Source: Corallococcus soli
Lineage (GTDB): Bacteria > Myxococcota > Myxococcia > Myxococcales > Myxococcaceae
Assembly: GCF_014930455.1 (NCBI RefSeq)
Contig: NZ_JAAIYO010000008.1
Coordinates: 160,367 to 224,366 of the forward strand
Direction: 5' to 3'
DNA length: 64,000 nucleotides
Part shown: positions 30,671 to 39,970 of the stretch, one piece after another
How positions within the stretch are numbered: position 1 is the first letter of the stretch
How the letters are laid out: each line of letters opens with the position of its first letter
Program-made: the position numbers and the translations under genes
Notes under the pieces: model-generated
The model's database searches: none
What the model was told of the DNA's origin: nothing
Seen by the model: only the letters and a program-made list of their open reading frames with translations

Positions 30671-30709
30671 AGGCCCTCTGGGAAACCAGGGGGCCTTTTT
30701 CTTTTCCGG
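30671..30709 (+). terminator. rho-independent terminator after tRNA-Gly
   Basis: GC-rich hairpin GGCCCTCTGG / CCAGGGGGCC followed by a T-rich tract. Confidence 0.6.
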
Positions 30710-30819
30710 GAGGGGCGTCGCGGCGGCGTCCAGCGGCAGCGCGGCGCACCGGGGCGAGCGGCCGGATGGGCGGGCCCGCGAGCGCATGGAAGTCCCGTTG
30801 CTCACCTCTTCCGCTTCGC

Positions 30820-31620
30820 ATGATGTATGGATGGCCCTGCATGCTTCGCAACCTGCGTGAGCTCTACCAATACCGGGGCCTCCTGCTCAGCCTGACCCAA
30901 CGGGAGCTCAAGGCGCGGTACCGGAATTCGGTGCTCGGCTTCCTGTGGACGTTCCTCAACCCCATGCTGCAGATGGGCGTCTACTCCCTGCTCTTCACCG
31001 TCTACATGCGGCAGAACATCCCGGGGTACACGTACTTCGTGTTCGTGGGGCTGCTGCCGTGGATCTGGTTCGCCACGTCGCTGGGGGGCGGTGCCAGCTC
31101 CATCAGTGATCGGCGCGACCTGCTCACCAAGGTGCGCTTCCCCGCGCAGGTGCTGCCGGCCACGGTGGTGGTGACCAACCTGTGCAACTACGTGCTGTCG
31201 CTGCCCCTGATGCTGGGGCTGGGGCTGCTCCTGGGCTACGTGCCCACGTGGCACGTGGTGGCCTTCCCGGTGGTGCTGCTCACCCAGCTGAGCATCACGG
31301 TGGCGCTGGTCTACATCGTGTCCGCGCTGAACGTGACGTTCCGGGACCTGCAGCAGATCATCGGCAACCTGCTGACCATGTGGTTCTTCGTCACGCCCGT
31401 CTTCTACCAGGTGCACACGCTGCCCGAGGCCGCGCAGGGGCCGCTCGTGCTGCTCAACCCGATGGCGGTGATGGTGACGTCCTACCAGGCCATCTTCTAC
31501 GAGCACCAGCTCCCCCAGCCCGGCCCGCTCCTCCTGTGGATGGGCATCTCCATGGGGCTGCTCTGGGTGGCCGCCGGCATCTTCGAGCGTCGGCGCGAGG
31601 ACTTCGCGGAGTTCATATGA
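30820..31620 (+). CDS. wzm: ABC-2 type polysaccharide export permease (O-antigen exporter, Wzm)
   Basis: Six-TM ABC-2 permease (RELKARYRNSVLGFLWTFLNPMLQMGVYSLLF). Alternative start at 30841. Its stop overlaps the wzt start (ATGA). Confidence 0.85.
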   Translation: MMYGWPCMLRNLRELYQYRGLLLSLTQRELKARYRNSVLGFLWTFLNPMLQMGVYSLLFTVYMRQNIPGYTYFVFVGLLPWIWFATSLGGGASSISDRRDLLTKVRFPAQVLPATVVVTNLCNYVLSLPLMLGLGLLLGYVPTWHVVAFPVVLLTQLSITVALVYIVSALNVTFRDLQQIIGNLLTMWFFVTPVFYQVHTLPEAAQGPLVLLNPMAVMVTSYQAIFYEHQLPQPGPLLLWMGISMGLLWVAAGIFERRREDFAEFI

Positions 31621-32927
31621 GCAGCGACATCGCGTCGCCAGACGCCATCGTCCTGCGGAACGTGGTGAAGCGCTTCCGCAAGAGCACCATCCGCCGCGAG
31701 TACACCACCATCAAGTCGGAGCTCATCCGCATGCTCCGGGGCAAGCGCGACGTGGACGGCAAGTCCATGATCGAAGCGCTCCGGGGCGTGGACCTCGTGG
31801 TGCCCCGTGGCAAGACGGTGGGCATCATCGGGCGCAACGGCTCCGGCAAGAGCACGTTGCTCAAGCTCATCTCCGGCATCTACACGCCCACGACGGGCAC
31901 CATCGACATCCACGGGCGCATCAGCGCGCTCCTGGACCTGGGCGCGGGCTTCCACCCGGACTTCTCCGGCCGGGAGAACATCCTCATCAACGGCATCATC
32001 CTGGGCATGACGCGCGCCGAGGTGAAGTCCCGGATGCAGGACATCATCACCTTCAGCGAGCTGGGCGACTTCATCGACGAGCCGGTGCGCACCTACTCCA
32101 GCGGCATGTACATGCGGCTGGCGTTCTCGGTGGCCACGCACGTGGATCCGGACATCCTCATCATTGATGAGATCCTGGCCGTGGGCGACGAGCACTTCGG
32201 CAAGAAGAGCCTCGCGAAGATGACGGAGTTCAAGCGGGCCGGGAAGACCATCGTCATCGTCACCCACGACCTGGGGACGCTGGAGCGCTGGTGCGACCTG
32301 GGGGCGTGGATCGACGCCGGCCGCATCCGCGAGTTCGGTCCTCCCGCGGACGTCATCAAGAGCTACAAGCGCGCGGTGGAACTGGCCGAAGAGCGGGGCA
32401 TGTCCATGGAGTCGCCCGCGCTGGCGTCGGATGGCGGGGCCCTGCCTTCGCTCGCGGCGCCCATCGCCGCGCCGTCGCCGCTGGAGCTGGACGCGGTGCG
32501 GCTGCTGCGCCGGGACGGCACCCCGGCCGAGTGGGTGGACACCGAGGACGGGGTGGAGCTGTGCGTGGGGTTCACCACCCGGACGTCCTCGCCGGCGCTG
32601 GGCTTCGGCCTGGAGCTGACGCGCGCGGACGGGGTGGTCGTCTACGGCACGAACACCTTCGTGGAGCGCGTGCCCTTCCACGCGGAGACGCCTGGAAGCG
32701 GGACGGTGCGCTTCGTCGTCGACCGGCTGGGGCTCACCGTGGGGCGCTACGCCTTCACGGTGACGGTCCAGGACGCGGCCGGGCAGGTGCTGCAGAAGCG
32801 CGAAGCCGCGTGTTCCTTCGAGGTGCGCTCCGGTGTCCAGGACGTGGGCGTGACGCGGCCCGTGCATCGCTGGGTCGTGGAGGGTGTCGGGGCGCGCGTG
32901 GCGCAGGTGCGAGACGTAGGCTCGTGA
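31617..32927 (+). CDS. wzt: O-antigen ABC transporter ATP-binding protein (Wzt) with a C-terminal carbohydrate-binding extension
   Basis: Walker A (GRNGSGKST). Signature motif (YSSGMYMRLAF). Walker B (ILIIDE). ~170-aa C-terminal beta-rich domain as in Wzt proteins that recognise capped O-antigen. Confidence 0.85.
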   Translation: MSSDIASPDAIVLRNVVKRFRKSTIRREYTTIKSELIRMLRGKRDVDGKSMIEALRGVDLVVPRGKTVGIIGRNGSGKSTLLKLISGIYTPTTGTIDIHGRISALLDLGAGFHPDFSGRENILINGIILGMTRAEVKSRMQDIITFSELGDFIDEPVRTYSSGMYMRLAFSVATHVDPDILIIDEILAVGDEHFGKKSLAKMTEFKRAGKTIVIVTHDLGTLERWCDLGAWIDAGRIREFGPPADVIKSYKRAVELAEERGMSMESPALASDGGALPSLAAPIAAPSPLELDAVRLLRRDGTPAEWVDTEDGVELCVGFTTRTSSPALGFGLELTRADGVVVYGTNTFVERVPFHAETPGSGTVRFVVDRLGLTVGRYAFTVTVQDAAGQVLQKREAACSFEVRSGVQDVGVTRPVHRWVVEGVGARVAQVRDVGS

Positions 32928-33775
32928 GCGGGCGGGATGCGGCAGGCCGGGGGGAGCCGGGCATCTGGCTGGGCATCGTGCTGTACCGGAACCCGGCGCG
33001 GGAGCTGGAGCGACTCCGCGCTTCGCTCCAGTGGAACCGCGACGCCGCGGGCGCTCCCGCCTTCCGCGTGGTGTGGCTGGACAACTCGCCGGACGACTCG
33101 CTGCGGGCGGTGGTGGGCGGCCTGGATGCGCGGGCGGACTACCGGTACTCCGGACAGAACCTGGGCTTCGGCGGTGCGCACAACCGGCTGATGGCGGAGG
33201 CCTTCGGGAAGGCCGGGGCGCGCCACTACATCTGCGTGAACCCGGATGGGGTGCTGCACCCGGACTGCGTGCGGGAGCTGGTCCACGAAGCGGACCGGCA
33301 GTCGGACACCGGCCTGGTGGAGGCGCGCCTGTTCCCGGATGAACACCCCAAGCCGTATGACCCGGCGACAGGGGAGACGCCCTGGTGCAGTGGGTGCGTG
33401 CTGCTCGTCACGCGGAAGCTGCATGCGCGGGCGGGCGGCTTCGACGAGCGCTTCTTCATGTACTGCGAGGACGTGGACCTGTCGTGGCGCGCCCGGGGCC
33501 TGGGGCTGTCCATCCGGGTGGCTCCGGCGGCACGCGTGCACCACTACACCGTCACCCGCGAGGAGAGCCCGCTGCGGGAGCGGATGGTGCGCCGCAGCGC
33601 GGCCCTCCTGGGGGCGAAGTATGGGAATGCCGCCTTCATGCACGACCGCCTCCGGGAGTACGCCGCGCTGGGAGGCGAGCCGTTCGCCGTGCCGGAGCTG
33701 GTGAAGCCGGGATGGCGCCTCTCGCGGATCGCCGAATTCGGCCACCACCTGGAGTTCGCGCGGAGGCGCTGGTGA
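32924..33775 (+). CDS. family 2 glycosyltransferase (rhamnosyltransferase-like)
   Basis: GT2 features (LGIVLYRN...VVWLDNSPDDS...FMYCEDVDLSWR). GTG start overlaps the wzt stop (GTGA). Confidence 0.75.
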   Translation: MSGRDAAGRGEPGIWLGIVLYRNPARELERLRASLQWNRDAAGAPAFRVVWLDNSPDDSLRAVVGGLDARADYRYSGQNLGFGGAHNRLMAEAFGKAGARHYICVNPDGVLHPDCVRELVHEADRQSDTGLVEARLFPDEHPKPYDPATGETPWCSGCVLLVTRKLHARAGGFDERFFMYCEDVDLSWRARGLGLSIRVAPAARVHHYTVTREESPLRERMVRRSAALLGAKYGNAAFMHDRLREYAALGGEPFAVPELVKPGWRLSRIAEFGHHLEFARRRW

Positions 33776-35211
33776 GCGCCCGACCGGAGGCGGTCGCGCC
33801 CTTCGATGCCGGGGCACGGTGGACCGCGCTCGTGCTGTCGCGCGTGCGCGCCGGGGCGGTGGTGTGCCTCGTGGGTGAAGCGAAGCCCCTGGCGGTGGCG
33901 CTGCGAGCCCACGGGTGTGACGTGCGGGAGCAGCCCGGACCGGGGTGGACGCGTCCCGAAGGGGCCGAGCCGGCCCTGGTGGTGCTCACCGGTGACGCCG
34001 TGGCGCACGTGCTGACGGGCGGGCTGGAGGTGCTGCGGCAGGACGCGCCCCGGGCGGAGCTGCTGTTCTGCCTGCGCAACGCTGGCTCGGCCAGCGCGCT
34101 CCTGGAGACGTGGCTGGGCACCGCGCCCGCCCGCGCCGGCATCTCGGAGCAGGGGATGCTGCGGCGGCTGTCCGACGTGGGCTATCGCGTCGCCCACCGG
34201 GAGGCTCAGCCTGGGGCGCCAGGCAACACCGGGCTGGCGACGGACACCGAACAGGCCCTGCGGGCGTTGCTGGCCCAGCTCTCCCCGTCCACGCAGGTGG
34301 AGGAGGGGCTGTACGTCGTCGTCCCGGACGCGCCCGCGCGGGCGCTCGAACCGGGGCTGCTCAGCGTCGTGCTCACGCATGATCCGCGCGCCTCCGCCGC
34401 GACCCTGGACGAAGCCCTCTTCGCGCTGGCGTGTCAGGAGCAGCAGCCGCTGGAGCTGCTCCTCGCGGCGTCGGAGGGCAGCGACCTGTCCGCCGCCCAG
34501 GCCTCGCTGGAGCGCTACGCGACGCTGGGCACCTTCCAGCCTCGCACGGTGCGCGCGCCCGCGGGTGAGCTGCACGCGGAGGCGCTCCGTCAGGCCCGGG
34601 GCCAGTACGTGTCCCTCCTGGATTCGCGGTGCCTGGTGTATCCGCGCCACTACGCGCGGCTCGTCCAGGCGCTCCAGCAAGGCGGCGCGGCGTGGGCCGT
34701 CTCCCGATCCTTCCGCACCGAGTGGGCGTCCACGTCCGGGGCCATGCCCTACGTGGGCTCGAAGGAGCCGTTTCCGCTGGGGGAGCGGTTGGAGGTGGAT
34801 CAACTCACCCTGCACCCGGAGCTCGTCCACGCGCTGGTCATCGACCGGACGCGGATCGGTCCCTTCCCGTTGACCGGGGCGGGGCAGGGGGCGGGGATCG
34901 CGGACCTGACGGTGCGGCTGGCGGCGCTCTTCGTGCCCGAGTTCCTCGGCGGCATCGCCTCGTGCGAGGTGCGCGGGCCCCGCGGGGCTCCGGTGGACGG
35001 TGAGGCTCCGGCGTCGCCGGAACACTGGCTGCTGCGCTCCGTGAGCGCCTGGACCGGCGCCGTCGGACAGGCCCGTGAGGAAGCCCTGCTGGCGCGCGAG
35101 TTCCGTCACCGCCTCGTGGACGGGGTGAACGCGCGGCTTCACTCCATCCCCTGGATCCACGACACGCTGCGAGCGCTGGCGGATCGGCTCAAGTCCGACC
35201 GCACTCCCTGA
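33772..35211 (+). CDS. hypothetical protein of the O-antigen locus (Rossmann-like N-terminal half, GT-like C-terminal half)
   Basis: GTG start overlaps the upstream stop (GTGA). The C-terminal segment (GQYVSLLDSRCLVYPRHYARLVQ) resembles the start of a GT2 domain. Function not assignable from sequence. Confidence 0.5.
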   Translation: MSARPEAVAPFDAGARWTALVLSRVRAGAVVCLVGEAKPLAVALRAHGCDVREQPGPGWTRPEGAEPALVVLTGDAVAHVLTGGLEVLRQDAPRAELLFCLRNAGSASALLETWLGTAPARAGISEQGMLRRLSDVGYRVAHREAQPGAPGNTGLATDTEQALRALLAQLSPSTQVEEGLYVVVPDAPARALEPGLLSVVLTHDPRASAATLDEALFALACQEQQPLELLLAASEGSDLSAAQASLERYATLGTFQPRTVRAPAGELHAEALRQARGQYVSLLDSRCLVYPRHYARLVQALQQGGAAWAVSRSFRTEWASTSGAMPYVGSKEPFPLGERLEVDQLTLHPELVHALVIDRTRIGPFPLTGAGQGAGIADLTVRLAALFVPEFLGGIASCEVRGPRGAPVDGEAPASPEHWLLRSVSAWTGAVGQAREEALLAREFRHRLVDGVNARLHSIPWIHDTLRALADRLKSDRTP

Positions 35212-35218
35212 GGCGGCC

Positions 35219-37522
35219 ATGAACCACTCCACCCGCAGTGGGGGGCTCCCGCCGCCGCTCGACGCCTTCACGCAGGTGCTCGGCTTCGATGTGCCCCCAT
35301 CCCACCGGGCGCGCTGGGGTACGACCATCACCACCGCGAAGCGCCTGGGCACGGTGGGGCTCGGCCCCGTGCAGCGGTTGCTGCTGGCGCGTCAGGTCCG
35401 CTTCAACACCGTGCTGACGGAGCTGCTGCGGCACCCGGAGCGGACGCTGCCGGAGCGCGCGCGTGGGGAACTCGCGGGGCTCGTGGAGCCGCTGCCCATG
35501 GCCCTGCCGGGGCTGGTGGCGAAGCGTGCCGGGTGGCTCCTGCCGGCGCCGGGGCTGCGTGAGCAGCGGGCCTGGAACGCGGCCGTCGTGGCGTTGCTCT
35601 CCGGGCCGGGTTGGCCCCTGCGCACCGATGGCGTGCGCGAACCCCTGGACTCACTGGAGGCCCGCTGTGACGTGCTGGCGCGGCAGCCGCGGACGTCCGT
35701 GGGGATGCCCCTGTGGCGCGAGGTATGGCGACGGCAAATAGGCTTCAACCATGCCTGCGTCCGGACCTTGCGGCACATGCTGGGCGCGGCCCGGCCCGTC
35801 GTGGTGATGCCCGAGCCGGAGGCCTATGCGCGCGCCGCCCGCGAGCAGGAGGCCCGCGACGTCGCGGTGGCCACCGCCGCCTTGGAGCGCCTGACGCACC
35901 GGCCCCTCATCAGCATCATCACGCCCGCGTGGGAGACGCCGCTGGACGTGCTCCAGGCCTGCGTCGCTTCCGTGACGGCGCAGGTGTATCCGCGCTGGGA
36001 GCTGTGCATCGTGGACGATGGTTCGCGGGGTGGGGAGGTCGCCGCCACGCTGCGACGGCTCGCCGCCGGGGATGCGCGCATCCGCTTCGAGCGGCTGTCG
36101 GAAAACCAGGGCATCGCTCGCGCGACGAATGCAGCGCTGGCCATGGCCACGGGGGAGTACGTCGGGTTCCTGGACCATGACGACCTGCTGGCCCCGCACG
36201 CGCTCGCGGAGATGGTGCTGCGTCTGGCGTCCGCTCCGGACACGGACGTCCTCTACTCGGACGAGGACAAGGTGGACGCGCGGGGGCAGCGCTTCGCGCC
36301 CTACCTGAAGCCGGAGCTGTCTCCGGAGATGCTGCGCGCGGTGAACTACGTGTGTCACTTCCTGGTGGTGCGCACGTCGCTGCTCCGGGAGGTCGGTGGC
36401 ATCCGGCCCGGCTTCGAGGGGGCGCAGGACCATGAGCTGCTCCTGCGCCTGATGGAGCGTACGCGGCGCTTCGCCCACATCCCGAAGGTGCTCTACCACT
36501 GGCGCACGTTGCCCGGCTCCACGGCCACGGACGCCAGCGCCAAGCCCGCGGCATCCGAGGCAGGTCGTCGCGCCGTGGCCGCGCACCTGGAGCGCTCGGG
36601 AGAGACGGCGACGGTCGAGACCTCCGCACCAGGGCTGTATCGGATCCGCCGTCCGCTCGGCGCTCGCCCGCGAGTGTCCGTGCTGATGTCGGCTGCGAGC
36701 ACCGAGGCGGAGCTCGCCGCGCTGCTCGCCCTGACGGATGGCCTGGACGTGGAGGTGCTCGTCCCCGTTTCTGGGGAGGACAGCCCGAAGGCTTCCGCGC
36801 CAGATGCGCCGGCAGGGATGGAGCCGCGTTCTACGCGCGATAGCATGGGGCCTCCTGCTTCGCCCGGAGGCAATGCGCGGGCCGTGCGCGTCCCGGTGGA
36901 CGGGGCGCTCACCCCCGGGGCCGTGGCCAACCGCCTGCTCCGCGAAGCCCAGGGAGCGCTGGTGTTGTGCCTGGAGGCGGGCACGTTGCCCACCGAACCC
37001 GGATGGCTGACCGAGCTGGCGTCGCAGGCCCTTCGCCCCGACGTGGGCGTGGTGGGCGCACAAGTCGTCTCGCCCGGCGGGCACGTACTGCACGCGGGCC
37101 TGGGGCTGGGCGCGGAAGGTCAGGCGCTTCGGCCCTTCGCGGGGCTTCCGGCTCCCACGCTCTCCACCTTCGGGGGCTCCCACTGGCCGCGTGAGCTGCT
37201 GGCTGTCTCCACTGCGTGCTCGATGAGTCGGCGCGAGGTGCTGGAGTCGCTGGGCGGATGGGACGAGGGCTTCACTTCGTCGGAGGCCCAGGGCGTGGAC
37301 CTGTGCCTGCGCGCGGGGGCTCAGGGCCTTCGCGTGCTGTACACCCCGCATGCGCGACTGGTGCGGACGCACGCGCGAGTCGATGGGGCCTGGCGCGCGC
37401 CGGAGGTCGCCAGGCTGCGTGAGACCTGGGCGCGACAGCCGCGCTCGGAGCGGGGCGATCCCTTCGGTCATCCCCGGCGCGAGCGGGCAGGGCAGGGCGG
37501 CCCGGAAGGAACAGGACCATGA
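35219..37522 (+). CDS. multidomain family 2 glycosyltransferase
   Basis: GT2 motifs (ISIITPAWETP...CIVDDGS...FLDHDDLLAPHAL...DEDK) plus a second GT2-like C-terminal domain. Paralogue of the next gene. Confidence 0.7.
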   Translation: MNHSTRSGGLPPPLDAFTQVLGFDVPPSHRARWGTTITTAKRLGTVGLGPVQRLLLARQVRFNTVLTELLRHPERTLPERARGELAGLVEPLPMALPGLVAKRAGWLLPAPGLREQRAWNAAVVALLSGPGWPLRTDGVREPLDSLEARCDVLARQPRTSVGMPLWREVWRRQIGFNHACVRTLRHMLGAARPVVVMPEPEAYARAAREQEARDVAVATAALERLTHRPLISIITPAWETPLDVLQACVASVTAQVYPRWELCIVDDGSRGGEVAATLRRLAAGDARIRFERLSENQGIARATNAALAMATGEYVGFLDHDDLLAPHALAEMVLRLASAPDTDVLYSDEDKVDARGQRFAPYLKPELSPEMLRAVNYVCHFLVVRTSLLREVGGIRPGFEGAQDHELLLRLMERTRRFAHIPKVLYHWRTLPGSTATDASAKPAASEAGRRAVAAHLERSGETATVETSAPGLYRIRRPLGARPRVSVLMSAASTEAELAALLALTDGLDVEVLVPVSGEDSPKASAPDAPAGMEPRSTRDSMGPPASPGGNARAVRVPVDGALTPGAVANRLLREAQGALVLCLEAGTLPTEPGWLTELASQALRPDVGVVGAQVVSPGGHVLHAGLGLGAEGQALRPFAGLPAPTLSTFGGSHWPRELLAVSTACSMSRREVLESLGGWDEGFTSSEAQGVDLCLRAGAQGLRVLYTPHARLVRTHARVDGAWRAPEVARLRETWARQPRSERGDPFGHPRRERAGQGGPEGTGP

Positions 37523-39765
37523 GTGAGGATCGACACGGAAGCCGCGGACACAGGTTGTCGCGGCGCATGCGGGAGACCCTGCATCAGGTTCACCGGGGGC
37601 TGACGCGGCCCACGGTTCACCTGACGCCAGCTCCTGGCGCGGGGGTGACCGCCGAGCACGGCGGTCCCTTCGAGTGGCGCGCGGACGGCGCCGGGGCCCA
37701 CCTGGCGCTTCTTCCCGGCGCGGCGGCCCTGCCCACGGGGTGGACGGAGTTCTCCTTCCGGCTCCTGACCGGGGAGGCCGGCGCCGCGTCGCCCGTGCTC
37801 ATCGTGGACACGGACGTCGCTGGAGCCGAGCAGAGCATCCGCCTGCCGCTCGACGCCGACGGTCGTGCGCGGATGCTCGTCCGTCTTCCAGAGGCCGTGC
37901 TCGCCCTGCGCCTGGGCCCGGTGAACGGCCCCACGCGCTTCCACCTGTCCGACGTGCGCGCGGTGCAGGTGGCGCCCGCGGAAGCCGCGGTGCGCATGAC
38001 GTGGCCCCTGGCGCTGCGACTCGCGCGGGAGCCCGAGCGCATTCCGCGCGTGGCCCGCCGTTACCTGGACGCGCTGCGCACCGGGGGCCTGCGGGCCGTG
38101 GACGGCGTGCTGGGCCAGAAGTCCAACGGCCATCTCTCGCTCGAAAGCTACGAGGCTTGGGTTCGCCAGTACGACACGCTCGGTGACGCGGACCGGGAGG
38201 CGCTCCGCCACGCGGCGGAGGCGTTCGCCTGGAAGCCGCTCGTGTCCGTGGTGATGCCGACCTACAACACCCCGGAGGTGTGGCTGCGGCGTGCCATCGA
38301 CTCCGTGCGCGCGCAGCTCTATCCGCACTGGGAGCTGTGCATCGCGGACGACGCCTCCCGTCAACCGCACGTGCGCGCCGTGCTGGAGGAATACGCCCGG
38401 CGCGATGCCCGCATCCGCTACGTCGTCCGGCCCGCCAATGGGCACATCTCCGCGGCCTCCAACTCCGCCCTGGAGCTGGTCCAGGGCCAGTTCATCGCGC
38501 TCCTGGACCATGACGACGAACTCACGGAGGACGCCCTGCTCCGGGTGGTGGAGGTCCTCAACGCGCACCCCGACGCGGACATCGTCTACAGCGACGAGGA
38601 CAAGATTGATCCGCAGGGTCGCCGATTCGATCCGTACTTCAAGCCCGCGTTCAACCTGGACCTTTTCCGCACCCAGAACCTCATCAGCCATCTGGGCGTC
38701 TACCGCACGGAGCGCGTGCGCGAGGTGGGCGGCTTCCGCGTGGGCTTCGAAGGCAGTCAGGACCACGACCTGGCCCTGCGCGTGGTGGAGCGCACCTCGG
38801 CGGATCGCATCCAGCACGTTCCGCGCGTGCTCTACCTCTGGCGCGCCATCCCCGGCTCCACCGCGCTGGACGCGGGGGAGAAGAGCTATGCCAGCATCGC
38901 GGCGAGCAGGGCGCTCCAGGAGCACCTGGACCGGACGGAGCCTGGCGCGCGCCTTGAACCGGGACCCAACGCCTCGCTCCACCGCGTCCGCCACCCGCTC
39001 CCCACGCCCAGGCCCCACGTCACGGCCATCCTCCAGGCCCGCACGGCCTCCGAGGCCATGGTTCGTCTGGACGCCTGGCGGGCCACCGCGGAAGGGTGGG
39101 ACGTGGATTGGCGCGTGGCCTCGGGAAGTCCTGAGCGGGCCTCCCTGTCCGCCAACGAAGCCGCGCGCGACGCCCCTGGCGAAGTGCTCATCTTCCTCGC
39201 CGCGGACCTCTCTCCGGAGGGGGCGGACTGGCTCGCGGAGCTGGTCTCGCAGGCCCTGCGGCCGGAGGTGGGCGCCGTGGGCGCGAAGCTGCTCGCGCCG
39301 GACGGTCGCGTCGAACACGCGGGCTTCGTGCTGGGCATGGGCGCGGATGGCGTCGCCGGAGGTCCGTACCGGGGCCTGTCCCGCGAATCCACCGGCCATA
39401 TCGGTCGCGCGGCGGTGCAGCAGCGGGTGTCCGCGGTCAGCGCGGCGTGCCTCGCCGTGCGACGAAGCGTCTTCGAGCGCGTGGGAGGCTTCGACGCGGC
39501 CGTCCTGCCCGGGCCCTGGCGCGACGTGGACCTGTGCCTGCGGCTCGCGCAGCACGGCCTGATGACCGTCTGGACGCCGCACGCGGTGTTGATCCACACG
39601 ACCGCCCCCATGTCACCTGATGCGGACCCGCTGTCCTCGTCAGCGGCCACCGCGTTCAAGGCCCGGTGGAAAGAAACAGTGGGCGATGAGCCCTTCCACA
39701 GCCCCAACCACGCACTGGGAAATGGCCCCCTGCGCTTCGCCTGGCCACCTCGCCGGGCGCGTTGA
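37519..39765 (+). CDS. multidomain family 2 glycosyltransferase (tandem paralogue)
   Basis: GT2 motifs (VSVVMPTYNTP...CIADDAS...LLDHDDELTEDAL...DEDK). ATG overlaps the upstream stop (ATGA). Confidence 0.7.
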   Translation: MSEDRHGSRGHRLSRRMRETLHQVHRGLTRPTVHLTPAPGAGVTAEHGGPFEWRADGAGAHLALLPGAAALPTGWTEFSFRLLTGEAGAASPVLIVDTDVAGAEQSIRLPLDADGRARMLVRLPEAVLALRLGPVNGPTRFHLSDVRAVQVAPAEAAVRMTWPLALRLAREPERIPRVARRYLDALRTGGLRAVDGVLGQKSNGHLSLESYEAWVRQYDTLGDADREALRHAAEAFAWKPLVSVVMPTYNTPEVWLRRAIDSVRAQLYPHWELCIADDASRQPHVRAVLEEYARRDARIRYVVRPANGHISAASNSALELVQGQFIALLDHDDELTEDALLRVVEVLNAHPDADIVYSDEDKIDPQGRRFDPYFKPAFNLDLFRTQNLISHLGVYRTERVREVGGFRVGFEGSQDHDLALRVVERTSADRIQHVPRVLYLWRAIPGSTALDAGEKSYASIAASRALQEHLDRTEPGARLEPGPNASLHRVRHPLPTPRPHVTAILQARTASEAMVRLDAWRATAEGWDVDWRVASGSPERASLSANEAARDAPGEVLIFLAADLSPEGADWLAELVSQALRPEVGAVGAKLLAPDGRVEHAGFVLGMGADGVAGGPYRGLSRESTGHIGRAAVQQRVSAVSAACLAVRRSVFERVGGFDAAVLPGPWRDVDLCLRLAQHGLMTVWTPHAVLIHTTAPMSPDADPLSSSAATAFKARWKETVGDEPFHSPNHALGNGPLRFAWPPRRAR

Positions 39766-39970
39766 TTCGCCCGCTGGAGAAAGCCGCGGTGCTGGTTCCC
39801 TCCCTGTGGGGCGAGCGGCCTGCCAGTCTTGACGCTCCCCAGGTGTGATGACATGGAAGGGCTTTCACCATTGGGGGGCGCCTGTTCGAGACTCCGCCTC
39901 CCGCGCCAACGCCTGGATAGGGGGGCGTGCCTTCCATTCGCGAGGGCCGCGTCTTTCCGACACCACGACC

